The notes beneath the pieces are model-generated. The model saw only the letters and a list, made by a program, of their open reading frames with translations, was not told where the DNA came from and did not search any database. Both the position numbers and the translations under genes were made by a program. A DNA stretch of 63,420 nucleotides, counting the filler, from Collodictyon triciliatum (taxonomy: Eukaryota): assembly GCA_043381765.1 (NCBI GenBank). It is 30 parts of 30 records of this genome, joined end to end, with 100 filler letters (N's around TTAATTAATTAA, not from the genome) between each part and the next. Parts side by side here need not be neighbours in the genome. Positions count along the whole stretch, not along the records: positions 1 to 2,025 come from JBHJMP010009700.1; positions 2,126 to 4,150 come from JBHJMP010009701.1; positions 4,251 to 6,274 come from JBHJMP010009702.1; positions 6,375 to 8,398 come from JBHJMP010009703.1; positions 8,499 to 10,522 come from JBHJMP010009704.1; positions 10,623 to 12,644 come from JBHJMP010009705.1; positions 12,745 to 14,766 come from JBHJMP010009706.1; 23 more parts are not named here. The stretch is one strand, 5' to 3'. Positions within the stretch are counted from its first letter, which is position 1; each line of letters starts with the position of its first letter. Of the stretch, positions 1 to 13,158 are shown piece after piece.

Positions 1-981
1 ATTATTAAAAAAATCCATTTTCACTTTTGTATTGGTTGTTGTTTGTTTGTTTGTTTGTTTGTTTGTTTGTTTGTTTGNNNNNNNNNNNNNNNNNNNNNNN
101 NNNNNNNNNNNNNNNNNNNNNNTTGTTTGTTTGTTTGTTTGTTTGTTTGTTTGCTTGTTTGTTTGCTTGTTTGTTTGCTTGTTTGCTTGTTTGCTTGTTT
201 GCTTGTTTTCCATTTAGTGTTTAAATGGCTGTATAATTGTGAGTCGCTGAAAATCTAGAAACCAACACGCCAAAATAAAGAAAATAAAAAATAAAAAAAT
301 TCAGCTAAAAGGAGTGAAAATTTTATAAAAAAAAAAAGCACAAATATCTACGATGATATAATGATTATAAAAATAATAAGATAGATAACTAAAGTAAGCG
401 TTGTATATAAGAGTTCATCGAGTTGGGAAAATAAATTACGTGAGGTCGCTGCCCTTGTCCCTGTATCGCACTTATTAGAAAATACTCGCTGGCCATGAAA
501 CCAACGATCCCGACGGCAAAGGTGACTGCGCAGATCAACCGAACACGCGTGGCCATCTAAACAAGTAAAATGGTTTTCTTTTGTTGTTTGTGCTCTTCTT
601 TTCTTTTTTTTCTTATTTGTCCCGTTAATCCAATAACATTCAATACCCTATATTTTTGGAAGGGGGGGGGGGGGATCTCAGAGCTGAGCCCAAGAAGGAT
701 TTCGTATATGTGGAGATCTTTTTGGCATAAATTCCTTTTTCTCTTTTTCTCTTTTTCTCTTTTTCTCTTTTTCTCTTTTTCTCTTTTTCTCTTTTTCTCT
801 TTTTCTCTTTTTCTCTTTTTCTCTTTTTCTCTNTTTCTCTTTTTCTCTTTTTCTCTTTTTCTCTTTTTCTCTTTTTCTCTTTTTCTCTTTTTCTCTTTTT
901 CTCTTTTTCTCTTTTTCTCTTTTTCTCTTTTCTTTTTTTCTCTTTTCCCTTTTCCCTTTCCTTCCCGTCCCGTCTACTAAG

Positions 982-1192
982 TGCGAAGCGATCGAGAACT
1001 GATCTTTTGGCTCGCTACGAGATATCAAATTGCGATCGGGAGGGTATCCTGCCCAACACAGACCCACTCCCTAAGGGATACACTCCGCGTTTTTCTCTAG
1101 TTTCACAATATCAACACGATGGGGTTGTAGGGTGTGCGAATGGTCATCGAGAATTTTCACGAGCACCTCTGCCTAAGCTACAATGGAAATGA
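982..1192 (+). CDS. Probable terminal exon of a hypothetical protein
   Basis: Follows a long pyrimidine tract and an AG acceptor. Open frame AKRSRTDLLARYEISNC...PLPKLQWK*. Confidence 0.4.
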
Positions 1193-2025
1193 TCTGGTAT
1201 TGACATCGGGATCACGAACGAACTCAAAAAAAAAAAAAGAACTTTTAGGGGGGAAAGCGCTCTGCACAAAAACACCGATAGCCACAAACCCCCACCCCCC
1301 TATAACAGTAAAAGACGTCAAGAGGAATCAATCACGAGCAGCTACCAACGCCACATATAAAATATGCACTTCGTCCAAATCTCGTGCGATTATCCTCCAC
1401 TATCGAGCAAACATAGTCTGAACCTCACCATGCCACTGTTCTGTGATGTGGTTTTTGTCAGCCTGGGTTGAGTTGGACACCTATTGGTCAGAGCGAACCC
1501 ATCTTTAAGTGTGTATTCCAGAAATAGACTTCACATATAATTGTATATTCGACGTTGTATATCCAATTATGGAAAATATAATCACGTTGCAGTGACCAAC
1601 GCACCTCGCGTGTGCCTTTCGGCCTGTTCTGCCCTCGTACATCACAAGAGGCCACCATCCGATAGATTCAAATTTAAGCATAAGCCCAAGCAGGAACCGA
1701 ACAGAACAGAAGAGAACAGAACAGAAGAGGCCAAAAGACAAGGCAGACATTGCCAGTATTCTTTGTTTGGTGGTTGCCAAACATAATAAGGCAGATAAAC
1801 CTTTGCGTCTACCTCGAAGAGAGAGAGAGAAAGGGGCAAAAAGAGAGATCGAGCTGCGGAAATGATAGTAATAATAATAATAATAATATACTAACCGGTA
1901 AACCCAACCTCGGGATAAGCGCAGCAAACCCACACACTATTTTACAAAGAGGCCACATCAAAAAAAAAAAAAGCAAATGAGTCAGGCACGCCTTCGCAAC
2001 TATGAACTCCGGGACGGGGCTGTGG

Positions 2026-2125
2026 NNNNNNNNNNNNNNNNNNNNNNNNNNNNNNNNNNNNNNNNNNNNTTAATTAATTAANNNNNNNNNNNNNNNNNNN
2101 NNNNNNNNNNNNNNNNNNNNNNNNN
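2026..2125. other. Artificial contig linker N44-TTAATTAATTAA-N44 (first of 29, recurring about every 2.12 kb)
   Basis: The same 100-bp spacer, with stops in all six frames, recurs throughout. Contig lengths fall roughly from 2025 to 2010 bp. Confidence 0.98.
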
Positions 2126-2253
2126 TTTTTTTTTTTTTTTGTTTTTTGTTTTTTGTTTTTTGTTTTTTGTTTTTTGTTTTTTGTTTTTTGTTTTTTGTTT
2201 TTTGTTTTTTGTTTTTTGTTTTTTATATATTCCGAGCAGCTTCGTGCAGCTTC

Positions 2254-3881
2254 ATGAGCAAGAGACCTGCCGCTGCAGCCGACGAGGGTTGGACAACTGT
2301 GACGTCGGCGCGATCGTCCAAAGGCAAGCAGACGGGCGCAAAGAGTGCAGACACATTGCCGTTCACAGCAAAGCTCGTTCGCCCCGATCCTACTACGCAA
2401 ACAGCCGTCAACAGCTTCTATGATGTTCTTGCGGAGAAGGAGAAGCCCGTCGAAACTCCCACCGATGCTAAGCAAGCGTCGGTTCCAGCAAAGACCCCAG
2501 CAAAGATCCCGGCAAAGACTTCAGGGAAAGAAAAGAAGCCAGAGGCTGTGCCGAAAAAGCCTGCCCCCGCTGTTGTTGTAATTCCCACTGTAGCCGAGGT
2601 CGCCAGGAAGGTTGGTTATCAAGTCACTTGTCTGTGTTTTTCTAATTCTGCTATATTGCTTGCCCTCTCTTACATTTATTCGTGCGATTCTTGGTTTTTA
2701 TTTATTAGTTTATTTACTGGTATCTTAGTTCTTTATTTCTTTTCATATTTTAGCATTTATCAGTATATTTCTCAGTGTATTTATCAGTATTTCTTTGTAT
2801 ATTTCTTTGTATATTTCTTTGTATATTTCTTTGTATATTTCTTTGTATATTTCTTTGTATATTTCTTATTCCTCTAATTTATTATATCGCCCTGTGACGG
2901 AGAATATTAAAAAAAAAAAACTCACAGATGGATGAATCATGGATTGTATACAACCTCAACATGGTATGCTGTTCAGGAACAATGATGGCTGCATATATTA
3001 ATATTATGAAATCTTATCTTTCCTAATCGCTTTAAAATTAACTATAGGTAGATGAAAAGTACCCAACGAACATGGACTCTCGCATGGATGTTATCGGGAC
3101 ACAAATCGATGAGTTTTTCATCGCTACAAAAGCTTCTATTGACGCCTCAAATTTTGTCCAAATTTTAGGTAGAGACACAGTTATTTACTTATTCTGGCCA
3201 TTAATTTTTAGAATAAACATCTAATTTTTAATTGTTCAAAAAGAAAAACAACCTCACTTGTCTCGTATGCTGGCTATATCGTATTTATTCAACGCTATTA
3301 GGCTTCCTTAACGATAGCATCTCGGAGAATGTAAAAGCAGCCCTTGGAAAATGGATCGCAAGAATCAAGGAGTCCGAAAGAACACGCCTTTTATTTTCCA
3401 CTATCAAGACGCTGGATCTTCTAATTACAAAAAATTGTAACAATTATGCAAAAAAAAAAATGAAAAAAGTACATTTGATGAAAAATGGAGAGTTGTCCAT
3501 AGTTTCAGGATTAATCAGCTGCATCATCTAAAAACTAAATTTAATGACTTTCTATTATGGTCCAGACCCCTACCATATACCGGGCTTTGGTCTGTTGTTG
3601 CTTGCTTCTGTGGGAATTAAGTACAATAATCATATCCACAACCCCGAACACGTTGCTTCATTCTGGAAGGAGTATAGTTTTAAAAATTCCTTTACACTCT
3701 GTCGTCTCAGCTTTTTTTTTCTTAGATCGATACTTTGTCAGTTTATAATGTTGGTAATAAATCGGTTTTCTCACGATGTTGAAAACGCTAAAATAGTTAT
3801 TTTCGTCTCTAATAGGATCCAAAAAAATACTTCTCAGTCAAAACTCATCGCATGCGTGGTCCGAAATGCCTTGGAATATCC
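2254..3881 (+). CDS. TMEM214/DUF2359-like protein, 5' part, multi-exon
   Basis: Exons 2254-2610, 2928-2963, 3048-3168 and 3302-3436 splice with GT-AG. GWTTV motif, a K/P-rich linker, then TVAEVARKMDESWIVYNLNMVDEKYP, resembling the TMEM214 N-terminus. Confidence 0.5.
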
Positions 3882-4016
3882 TTCTTTTATAATTTCATGT
3901 GCGTGCACATCTATTTCTAGAATTTTTAATCTATCTTATCATTTGTTAACGTTTAAAAAGGGGAGTCAAGTTTGTCGATTCTTCTTGGATAGTTTAGTTT
4001 AGTTTAGTTTATTTTA

Positions 4017-4150
4017 TTTTATTTTATTTTATTTTATTTTATTTTATTTTATTTTATTTTATTTTATTTTATTTTATTTTATTTTATTTTATTTTATTTT
4101 ATTTTATTTTATTTTATTTTATTTTATTTTATTTTATTTTATTTTATTTT
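4017..4150. repeat. (ATTTT)n microsatellite at contig end
   Basis: Perfect 5-mer array. Confidence 0.95.
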
Positions 4151-4839
4151 NNNNNNNNNNNNNNNNNNNNNNNNNNNNNNNNNNNNNNNNNNNNTTAATT
4201 AATTAANNNNNNNNNNNNNNNNNNNNNNNNNNNNNNNNNNNNNNNNNNNNTTTCTCTTTTCTCTTTTCTCTTTTCATTTCTCAACAACATGATATCTTGC
4301 GTCAGCCAGTTTCGGCTCTTTGGAGTAGAGTAATCGAATTCTTTAAGGCAGGATGCATCGCGGGCGCTTCAACTGTCGATTCACCGTGTTGCAGTTCGGC
4401 CCTGTTCAAGGAGACAAAGTCGGGATTTCCTTCAAGTGGAATGAAGGAAGAGAGGCCCGGAAGCGTTCGCAGTCCACAGAATCCCAAATCATCCTTGTGC
4501 AGGATGGATTCGCCAAGTTTGACTCTCAGTATATTCTTTCCTTCGACGACTCGATCACGCACGTTCGCTTTTCTGTTCGTTCGGTAAGTGTCCATCTTTC
4601 CCCTCCGCCACTACTATCCTTCACCCAAACGCGACTCATACAGTCTTTAAACTCCAATATACACTCATGTATGCCTTGATTCGTTCCCTTCTTTATTCTC
4701 CCAGCAAATCTTTCTTTTTCTTCTCTATAGTTAGAGACAAGAATTTTTCCAAAACTAATTATTCTCCCACGCATTATTTTTTTTTTATCCTCCAAAGCAT
4801 CGTGTTGGAAAAGACAAAAAGAAACTGGGTCATGCGATT

Positions 4840-5916
4840 ATGTCGATTATCCCACCAGAACACCGAATGTACCGTTTAAAGTTCGGCGATTCGACTTTGG
4901 ATGTAACCTTTACATGCAACAATATAACAGTATTTGCTTACCCACATATATATATTCATAAATTCATGGATTCATCGAAAATATTTTGTATTCGTGAAAA
5001 GGTCGATGTTGTATTTGATCAAGTCACAAATGTGCCAGTTCGTCCTCGCGCAATAAGCGCGTCCTCCATGTTTACACCAAGGCCAAGATCAATCTCCTCA
5101 AAGTCCGAGAAAACCTCAGATGATGACAATGATGAAGATGAAGAATCAGTCCAAACGTTCGTTCCAATAAATTTCTCTCGTCATTTACATATCCTAATAC
5201 TACCCCATTTGTGGATTCATTACATTTTTGTATCCCAATTAAAGAGTTGAATTGATGTGGTATCAACGCAGCCGATCACAAAATCACCTGTTTTATTTTT
5301 CCCATTCCAATTAGTCTTTACCATGCCCTCCTCCTCTTTTATATTTATATATGTATTATTTGTTGAAATTGAAATGGGTTTTTTTTTTTTTACAGAAATA
5401 AATCAGTATATTTGTACACAATGTCCATCTATTCCGTTTTACTTCTAGGAGGCCAGTCAAGTCAAATTCTACGAGTGTCTCCCAATACGACCTTGCAACT
5501 CCTAGGGGACCTCCCACACCATCAACAAACCAAACATTTTCAGAATTTATGGCTTCTGTATCTCCATCAAAGCAAGGAGATACAGCAAACAGACCAGGGC
5601 TAAACTCGTCCCCATCTCTAACAGAATCCTCCGCATATTCAACACAGACTACCAAAACCTCACAATCAGAGCCAGTCGTGGCAAAGCCTAATGGGAAGTT
5701 GATATCCTCGCCGAGAATCGGAAAAGACAGTCGGAGATTTTCCTCCGCCGAAGAAACGCAGTTTTCAGAATTATTACAAGTTTTTGTCTCTAACTCCAGC
5801 ACCACGAACTTGCAAAATATCCTTGATCACTCTGGATTTTCCACTTTCATTGGAGTTTTATTGTCTGAGGATGTGCTTGACGCTATAGAAAAGCTTCTCA
5901 GCCAATCAATTCCAAT
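4840..5916 (+). CDS. Hypothetical S/T/P-rich protein, 5' exons
   Basis: ATG at 4840. Spliceable exons at about 4840-4902, 5002-5157 and 5449-5916. No family recognised. Confidence 0.45.
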
Positions 5917-7777
5917 GTATACTTTATTTAAATTATAAATATTGTACAATTTCAAAAAAAAAGTATTTTAAAGTGGTTTACACCACTTGAAATAGATTAC
6001 CAAATATCGACAACGATTCGCTGCAATATTAGAATTGCACTTTGATTGTTGTAATCACAATTATTATCATTTTTTTTGGAAAGTTGACGTCTACAATAAT
6101 TTTTTTTAACCTCTACCCTGTTAGCGGTAATGTGTCAGTCACCGAAATGTGCATCTCCACTCTATACCAATCTGTTGAGGATATAGTAATACCGATTTCC
6201 CCCCTCTCCCCCCCCCCCCCCCCCTCCCCCCCTCCTCACCCTCCCCCCTTCCCCTCTTCTCCTTTCCTCACTTTNNNNNNNNNNNNNNNNNNNNNNNNNN
6301 NNNNNNNNNNNNNNNNNNTTAATTAATTAANNNNNNNNNNNNNNNNNNNNNNNNNNNNNNNNNNNNNNNNNNNNAAGCAGCAGACGGGTTGAGTTTAAGT
6401 CTGACTCGTAAGCAAACGACGCCAGCAGAAATAAGTTGGTGGAAGCGACCATATCTGAATGAGCCCACGAGGTTGGATTGCTGCATGTTATGTTAATATT
6501 GTCAGACTCTGTTTTAGGTAAAGTGCGAGACTTACAAAGTATCATTCATCGCAACATCACATAATCAAGCTGATGAAATCCGGTTGATGTGAAAAGAAGG
6601 CTTCAACATCTTGGGTGATTGCAAGGCTATCCCGATTTCTTCGAAAAAAGGAGGTTCGGTACCGATTCCGTCTCTTTGTACCGGTTGTTGTGAACGAAGC
6701 GACATGTTTGATGATAATACTCGAATATTCGCCCATGTCATCCGCAACACTTTATTGGTTTTAAAGTCGGTGGTTGGTTTGTTGGAACTGAATGTCATGC
6801 AAGAATCTTACAAATGGGATTTTTTTTTTTTACGTGAATGGTCTCTTTTTTCCCTTTTTCTTCTTTCTTTCTATTTGTGCGAATAGGTTTCTTGTGCAAT
6901 GGAACTTGTTTTGTATTAGAAGGAAAAGTCTGGAAGTCAGCATCTTTGGGATATCTGCAAGAAGGATTATTTTGCCAATCCCAAACAGAAAAGATTCTTT
7001 TTCTTCCTCCTTAAAAAAAAGAAAAAAAAAGGAGTTTGTTACCCATGATTCTGCAGAAGGGCTTCATTCGCTTGCATTTAATTGGAAAGAATACGCCTTT
7101 TACAGGGATACAATACATCTTGAAGCTCTGTCCAAACTCAGCCGTTCAATAAATATGCAGCTTTCTGATGCCATGCCTAACAAATGAATATAATTATAGA
7201 GCGAGATAGAAAAGTGCAGTCCTTGTAAAAGTAGCTTCATTTCTTCCCCTTTTCTTCTGTTGATACAAAAGTCCGAGGTTGCAATCAGGATTCACCAATA
7301 AAAAAGTCACATCCTTTAGACAGTAACTTCAGACTTCCATCACATTCCGTGGTTGGCTGCCTTTTTTTTTCTTCCCCAGAGATTAGTAGAGCAGAGAACT
7401 GGTTATGACTTTTCTCGAAGGTGAACAACACAGTCTTCGTTTTTCAAGAGGTGTTTTGTGGGCCGCATTACTTCATTGCAGTTTATCATGTTTGAATGAT
7501 TGATGTAGAATCAGTTTCTCGAAGCGAGATTGACTATGAAGGAGGATGAATGATGCCGAGTTATTGCGCGTAATCACCCTGGGATTTGTTGCAAAATGAT
7601 ATTATCAAATATAATCAAATAAAATATTCACATCCATTTTTACTATTCGGCATTTTCATAAATACACACAAATAGCTGCGATTAATCTGTTAAGTTTTTA
7701 TTCAATCAGACTTTTCTCATTCTGCCTTTTTATCCTCCTTTGAGGATTTTTCTCCGTCATTCTCTCCAATAATATTC

Positions 7778-8398
7778 TCATTCGCTTTTGCCAAACATTT
7801 GGATGCGGTGATTATAATAGTCGCAAACATAGAGTTTCTGATTCGGTCCAAAGCAGACTCCCATCTGATAATAAAACTGTCCATCATTTGATGAAGACTG
7901 CGACGATGTGCCGAAAGTGTGAACAACGACATTGTCTTTTGTCGAGTCATAAACGCGGATGTGATGATATCCGTGTTCGCTCACCACAATTGTGTTGTTT
8001 GGACCTTCTGCAATCGAAACATGACTCGATACTTTATTGATTCTGACAGTGCGCAGAAACCTCCCCATCACATCATAAATGTTGATTTTGTCTCCGCCGT
8101 ATCCAACCACACAGACTTCGTTCTTTTCAGTCACGCAAATGTCCTCCGGATAAGCGATTCCTTCATCACCAGAGGATGCTCTCGCAAACGAGCGTTCGTA
8201 CTCAAACACACGGTTGAACTTGTCCACTTGATTCTTGCTATAGTTTGTAACATAAAGATTGCCTTCGCTGTCAAAGCATGCATTATACGGACTGGAGAAT
8301 CCGCCAAAGTCACTGGATTCTGTGCTTTGTGCGCTTCTTTTGCGACCCGATTGGATTGTCTCAATCATCTTGAAGTTATCATCAAAGATTTGCACACG
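7778..8398 (-). CDS. NHL-repeat beta-propeller protein (5'-truncated, intronless)
   Basis: Repeats FSSPYNACFDSEGNLYVTNYSKNQVDKF, AYPEDICVTEKNEVCV and GQFYYQMGVCFGPNQKLYVCDYYNHRIQMF. Confidence 0.9.
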   Translation of the reverse strand, partial: RVQIFDDNFKMIETIQSGRKRSAQSTESSDFGGFSSPYNACFDSEGNLYVTNYSKNQVDKFNRVFEYERSFARASSGDEGIAYPEDICVTEKNEVCVVGYGGDKINIYDVMGRFLRTVRINKVSSHVSIAEGPNNTIVVSEHGYHHIRVYDSTKDNVVVHTFGTSSQSSSNDGQFYYQMGVCFGPNQKLYVCDYYNHRIQMFGKSE

Positions 8399-10405
8399 NN
8401 NNNNNNNNNNNNNNNNNNNNNNNNNNNNNNNNNNNNNNNNNNTTAATTAATTAANNNNNNNNNNNNNNNNNNNNNNNNNNNNNNNNNNNNNNNNNNNNTT
8501 TTTCTTTTTTTTCTTTTTTTCTTTTTTTCTTTTTTTCTTTTTTTCTTTTTTTTTTACCACCGATAGTGATTGATATGTTCATGAGTTCAATTCACCTATC
8601 AATAGGGTCTTGTTTTACCTGATACTATTTGTTCCTTCTGCAACAATTGCCGAGATATTGATCTTATTCGAGAGCCTCTTACTAATTCAAATATGTGGTC
8701 GTGCATCATGTGTGACCAACCGTGAGTTTTGATTCATATAATTGCCTCGAATCAGACTTTAACAATTTATCATGTCCCCAGAATATTCACGCCACCAAAT
8801 TTGCTTTATTCTTACCACCCTGTTGTACTTTCTAGGCTCAATAAAAAAGCAATTGAGAGTAAATTGATAGAGATTCTTAATTCAACCGTAACGAATTACC
8901 AAACTCAAGTAACAATAATATTCATTTTTCGTGGGGACTTATATATGAATTTGTTTTGATTTACATAAGCCTCTATATAGTAGCCAGTTGACCAAGATTG
9001 AATTCTTTGATTCTTGCTCGTTGTAATTGCCATTTGTTGACTATCAATTCATGAACCTCGTTTGACAGGATCTGGAATGCCGGCTTTGCCTTAAAATTAA
9101 AAGCGAGAATATGTCTCAACGGTGCAAATGCTCCAGGATGTGGAGTTGCCGCATTCCACCGGCTGAAATGAGGCAAAAGTTAGTAGTAAATAAGTGGTGT
9201 TTATATATTTAAATAGGTTTACCAACATTTTTTTGTGCAGAGTTGCTCTATTTAGAAGAGCTGCCGAGATGCATGATTTTGTGTTGCTTGGGAGCATTAC
9301 TGAGCAGCTTTCTTCGTTTCTTGAGTAGCGTGAGGTAAGAAAATCAAATGTGCATTTCAAAGCGCTCTGAAGACATTGAAAGTTAATATGAGAAAAGACA
9401 TATCTTTACGTGCGCACGCTGCCATTATAGCATGTCTCTAAAAGTCTACTCTAAATTCATCACAGCTTAAAATTCCTTCGAAAATTGAATAAATATGGGC
9501 ACTTGGACAGAAAAAATATCTTATTTACCCCCGAAGTTTTATGAATATGTGCCTTTTATTGTTCTTACGACCAAAATGTGTTTTTCTATATAATCATGGG
9601 CTATTGAAAAAGAAACACATTTGTCAACTAGAATCTGTACAATTCTCTCTAGCATTTGTATATCGATTTGTATGCGTTAATTATTGAATGGAAACTATCT
9701 AAAGTTGTTGGTACCTTCGAATATATGTTAAGGAGAATGCAATCGCCTATTTCCTTGGTAAGCAGAATACTTAAAAAAATGAAAGCAAACGCCCAAAATC
9801 ACCAGCTGGCAGGACAATTATAATTATCCAAAAGGAAACACCAGGGTCGTGAAAAAAATAAACAAAGTCTTTTCTGGAGTTGATAAATGAAATACTAATG
9901 AAATGACATCGCCTCAATGTATGTAGCATGTGGAACAACTTGCAAAAAACAGTCTATAATTACATTCTGACGGGAACACTTTAACTTACAAAGATTGCGT
10001 GCAGGAATTCCTTACCTACGGAAAAAAATAATCAAGGGCACTGTATCCACAAATATAGGCATGCTTCTCTTCTTGACTTTGCATCATACAATCGGACTAA
10101 ATTCAACAAACTCGTATGAGTCAGCTGTGGTGGTTTTGAGGCGCGCTTTATTCATATCAACATGAATGAAATATCTGGTTATGAAAATCGCCATTATGGA
10201 GTGGCTCTTGGGGGATAAAACTTGTCATATCCGTTAGTCATATCAAGGTCAAATCATGCACCGAAATGTCCTACATAAGAAATCGCGGTTACAAGGCCAC
10301 TTCAAAGGGTCAGGGAGTGTAATATCAAAAAGAAAACTACGAGAGCTATGTAAACTGTTGGTTTCGCCCCGAAGGTATTGCGACAACCGGGTATCGGGTC
10401 TATGA

Positions 10406-10522
10406 TATCACTATCACTATCACTGTCACTATCACTATCACTATCACTATCACTATCACTATCACTATCACTATCACTATCACTATCACTATCACTATCA
10501 CTATCACTATCACTATCACTAT
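10406..10522. repeat. (ATCACT)n microsatellite
   Basis: Near-perfect hexamer array at contig end. Confidence 0.95.
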
Positions 10523-11048
10523 NNNNNNNNNNNNNNNNNNNNNNNNNNNNNNNNNNNNNNNNNNNNTTAATTAATTAANNNNNNNNNNNNNNNNNNNNNN
10601 NNNNNNNNNNNNNNNNNNNNNNCAATACAATACAATACAATACAATACAATACAATACAATACAATACAATACAATACAATACAATACAATACAATACAA
10701 TACAATACAATACAATACAACAACAACAACAACATCAACATCAACATCAACATCAACATCAACATCAACATAAAGCAACATAAATAATAAATATTACATA
10801 CCAAGATAAAATCGCACTCTGAAAATCATCAACACAACAAGACTCTTCAATAAATTTCTTCAGAAAAAAAATTACACAAGATACAAACCTGACCATAATT
10901 ATATATTCTTCCTTTCAATTTGTGCATATAAAAACTGAATAAAAACCATATAAAAACTGAATAAAAATCAAAAAATGAATTAATAGTGCAAATACATCTA
11001 CATCTACATCTACATCTAAAAGGATATAAAAGCAAAGTAACAAGCTAT

Positions 11049-11686
11049 TTCCACCATCAACCACAGTGCGCCGACGCGCCCGAGGCCCTGCCATCACCTT
11101 CTCGCATTGCATCCGCTGCAACCGCCTCATCTTCGCACCAATTCGCGCACCAAACACAACACCCACCGGCGAAGACACACACGCACACACACACGCACTC
11201 TGCCCCCGCTGCACAAGCCAGGGCGCCGCGCAGCTGTACCGGGCCGAGCATGTGCCGAGCATCCAGGGCCTCCTGAGTGCGCAGCGCCGCGCAAAAGTCT
11301 CGGGCGTCATGCAGACGCGCACGGAGAAGCAGCGGGCCTTTGCCACGGCACTGCATCTGCACATGGTTCAGCTGCGGCTCAACTGGGCGCTGCGGGCCTT
11401 CCATTCCGACGCAGGCGACGCAGACGATGCCGATGATGCGGCCCAGCAACGCGGCGTCACGCTGGTCATCCGCATGCCCCGCGAGACTTACGCCCTCCAC
11501 AAGGACGACTTGCACTCGTATGTCCACGCCTACTGGAGGCGCAACCATCCCACAAAGAACGTCACGCGTGCCCGCATCATTGTTGACGTTGTCGCTCGTG
11601 ATGATGATGCTGATGATGGGGGTGGTGATGATGCTGTTGGATCGAGACATGCGGCTGACGAGAGTCAGGTAGAGGAGAATCTCTGA
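11049..11686 (+). CDS. GC-rich hypothetical protein (probable terminal exon) with CxxC...CPxC motif
   Basis: Open for more than 200 codons with high GC3 inside AT-rich flanks. Contains CIRC and CPRC. Confidence 0.55.
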
Positions 11687-12092
11687 GTCGCAGTGATGTC
11701 CCTCTTCTGGTTGTCTGCTTGATTTGCCTGGTTTCCTGTTTCTGTGGAATAAAGGGTGGAGTGGCTCGATGTATTATCTCTTCTTCTCATACTTGAATCA
11801 TTTTCCCCCCTCGTTTCTAAAGTGTGCTAATGTATATTGCCAAATCTACCGTGTGGAGTGGGTATAAATATAATTCAATATGTGAAATCACAAATAATTA
11901 ATTATTCTTTTAAATTATGGACGAGATGTTGGGTCATATATATGAGTGGTGGATATAGATGGCATTCTGTTGAATTAAGTAAACAAGATGTTATCGTTTA
12001 TTCGTCTGTTTTTTTAGATTCATGGCGAAAGGTGCAGTGTATTTGCAAATATAAATATTTTTTCATTTTATTCATCGATAGTGGCGATTTTA

Positions 12093-12426
12093 TTAGGATG
12101 ATTCGGTGAAGGTTTCATTCAGGGAGTCAAGAGTGATTCGACCGAGTTGTCCTCCTCTATATTGTTTGACAAAGTGCCTAAAATAGTAATAATAAAAATA
12201 AAAATAACGCTAATATTATTAGGGATGTGTAGATGACAATCCAAGGGGAATTGAAATTGATAAGCATATCAGTATATATAAATAACGATAAAGCACCAGT
12301 TTAAGTTACATACACGGCCGCTTTCTCATGATTCCATGACCCATCTCGAAGTCTTGCTTGCAACCGGGCTGATATGCAATCTAACACATAGTCGATGTCA
12401 TCGGATGGGGCTTTCATATTATACAT
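12093..12426 (-). CDS. MTG1/RbgA(YlqF)-family ribosome-biogenesis GTPase, last two exons
   Basis: Exons 12426-12314 and 12177-12093 join to ...DYVLDCISARLQARLRDGSWNHEKAAVHFVKQYRGGQLGRITLDSL..., matching the RbgA/MTG1 C-terminal R.G.LGRITLD motif. Confidence 0.75.
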
Positions 12427-12744
12427 CTATTGAAAAAAGTAACAAAACGGAATTATAATTGGGAATTGTAAGGCTTTTTTTTAAAATTTTCCATCGTTTA
12501 TATATTCACTTCTCACTCATCAAATAACCGCTCATCATTACCTATAACATGTATGTATGTATGTATGTATGTATGTATGTATGTATGTATGTATGTATGT
12601 ATGTATGTATGTATGTATGTATGTATGTATGTATGTATGTATGTNNNNNNNNNNNNNNNNNNNNNNNNNNNNNNNNNNNNNNNNNNNNTTAATTAATTAA
12701 NNNNNNNNNNNNNNNNNNNNNNNNNNNNNNNNNNNNNNNNNNNN

Positions 12745-13025
12745 TCGACAGGTCGGATGCCAGCAGCACAACGCCCTCCGTGGCGCACTCGCGGGTGCGG
12801 TGGACTTCGCACAGCTGCTCCAACAGACGCAGGCGTGTGGCGTGTGTCAGTGTCTCAGTGTGCTCGCCCACAAGGCACACCACGCAGCCGGCCGGGTAGA
12901 GTGCCTTCTCCTGCAGCCCCGCTGCTCGCTCCACTAGTCGCGTCCGGTAATGCCCGTAGACCATTCTCGTCGTCAAAGTTGAGGCTTGGTTGCCATACGT
13001 GTGGTTTTTGTGGAAAATCAAAGGG
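12745..13025 (-). mobile_element. GC-rich interspersed element, copy 1 (terminus plus frameshifted ORF start)
   Basis: About 93% identical to 21603-21884 by manual alignment (17 substitutions, 2 indels). Both copies end at CAAAGGG. Confidence 0.8.
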
Positions 13026-13158
13026 AATTGTGGTTTTTGTGCCACAAAGCGCACATTTTGAGAGTCTCAGCGGATGCTTAATTTTTATCTTAATTGATTT
13101 TGTGCAGTTTTTTTTTATTTATTTGACTTATTGACTAATTGGCTAAAGTTTTATTAAA

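Noticed and set aside
27-980. Low-complexity ORFs (FVCL, FFSFSL, and similar poly-F/K/Y, SR, IG, IT, KDTK ORFs elsewhere)
   Set aside because: These are translations of microsatellites and N-gaps.
985-1160. Hairpins (GGAG-GTATCC...GGATAC-CTCC) suggesting a structured ncRNA such as RNase P/MRP or telomerase RNA
   Set aside because: No complete conserved boxes were found. The region is better explained as a terminal coding exon after a pyrimidine tract.
6375-7500. Broken coding-like frames (also 8.6-10.4 kb, 49.3-50.1 kb, 59.3-61.3 kb and 62.4-63.4 kb)
   Set aside because: I could not establish a consistent exon chain or a recognisable motif.
11330-11550. Faint resemblance of the GC-rich ORF to RnpA or DciA
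   Set aside because: There is no RNR motif and the similarity is too weak to call by eye.
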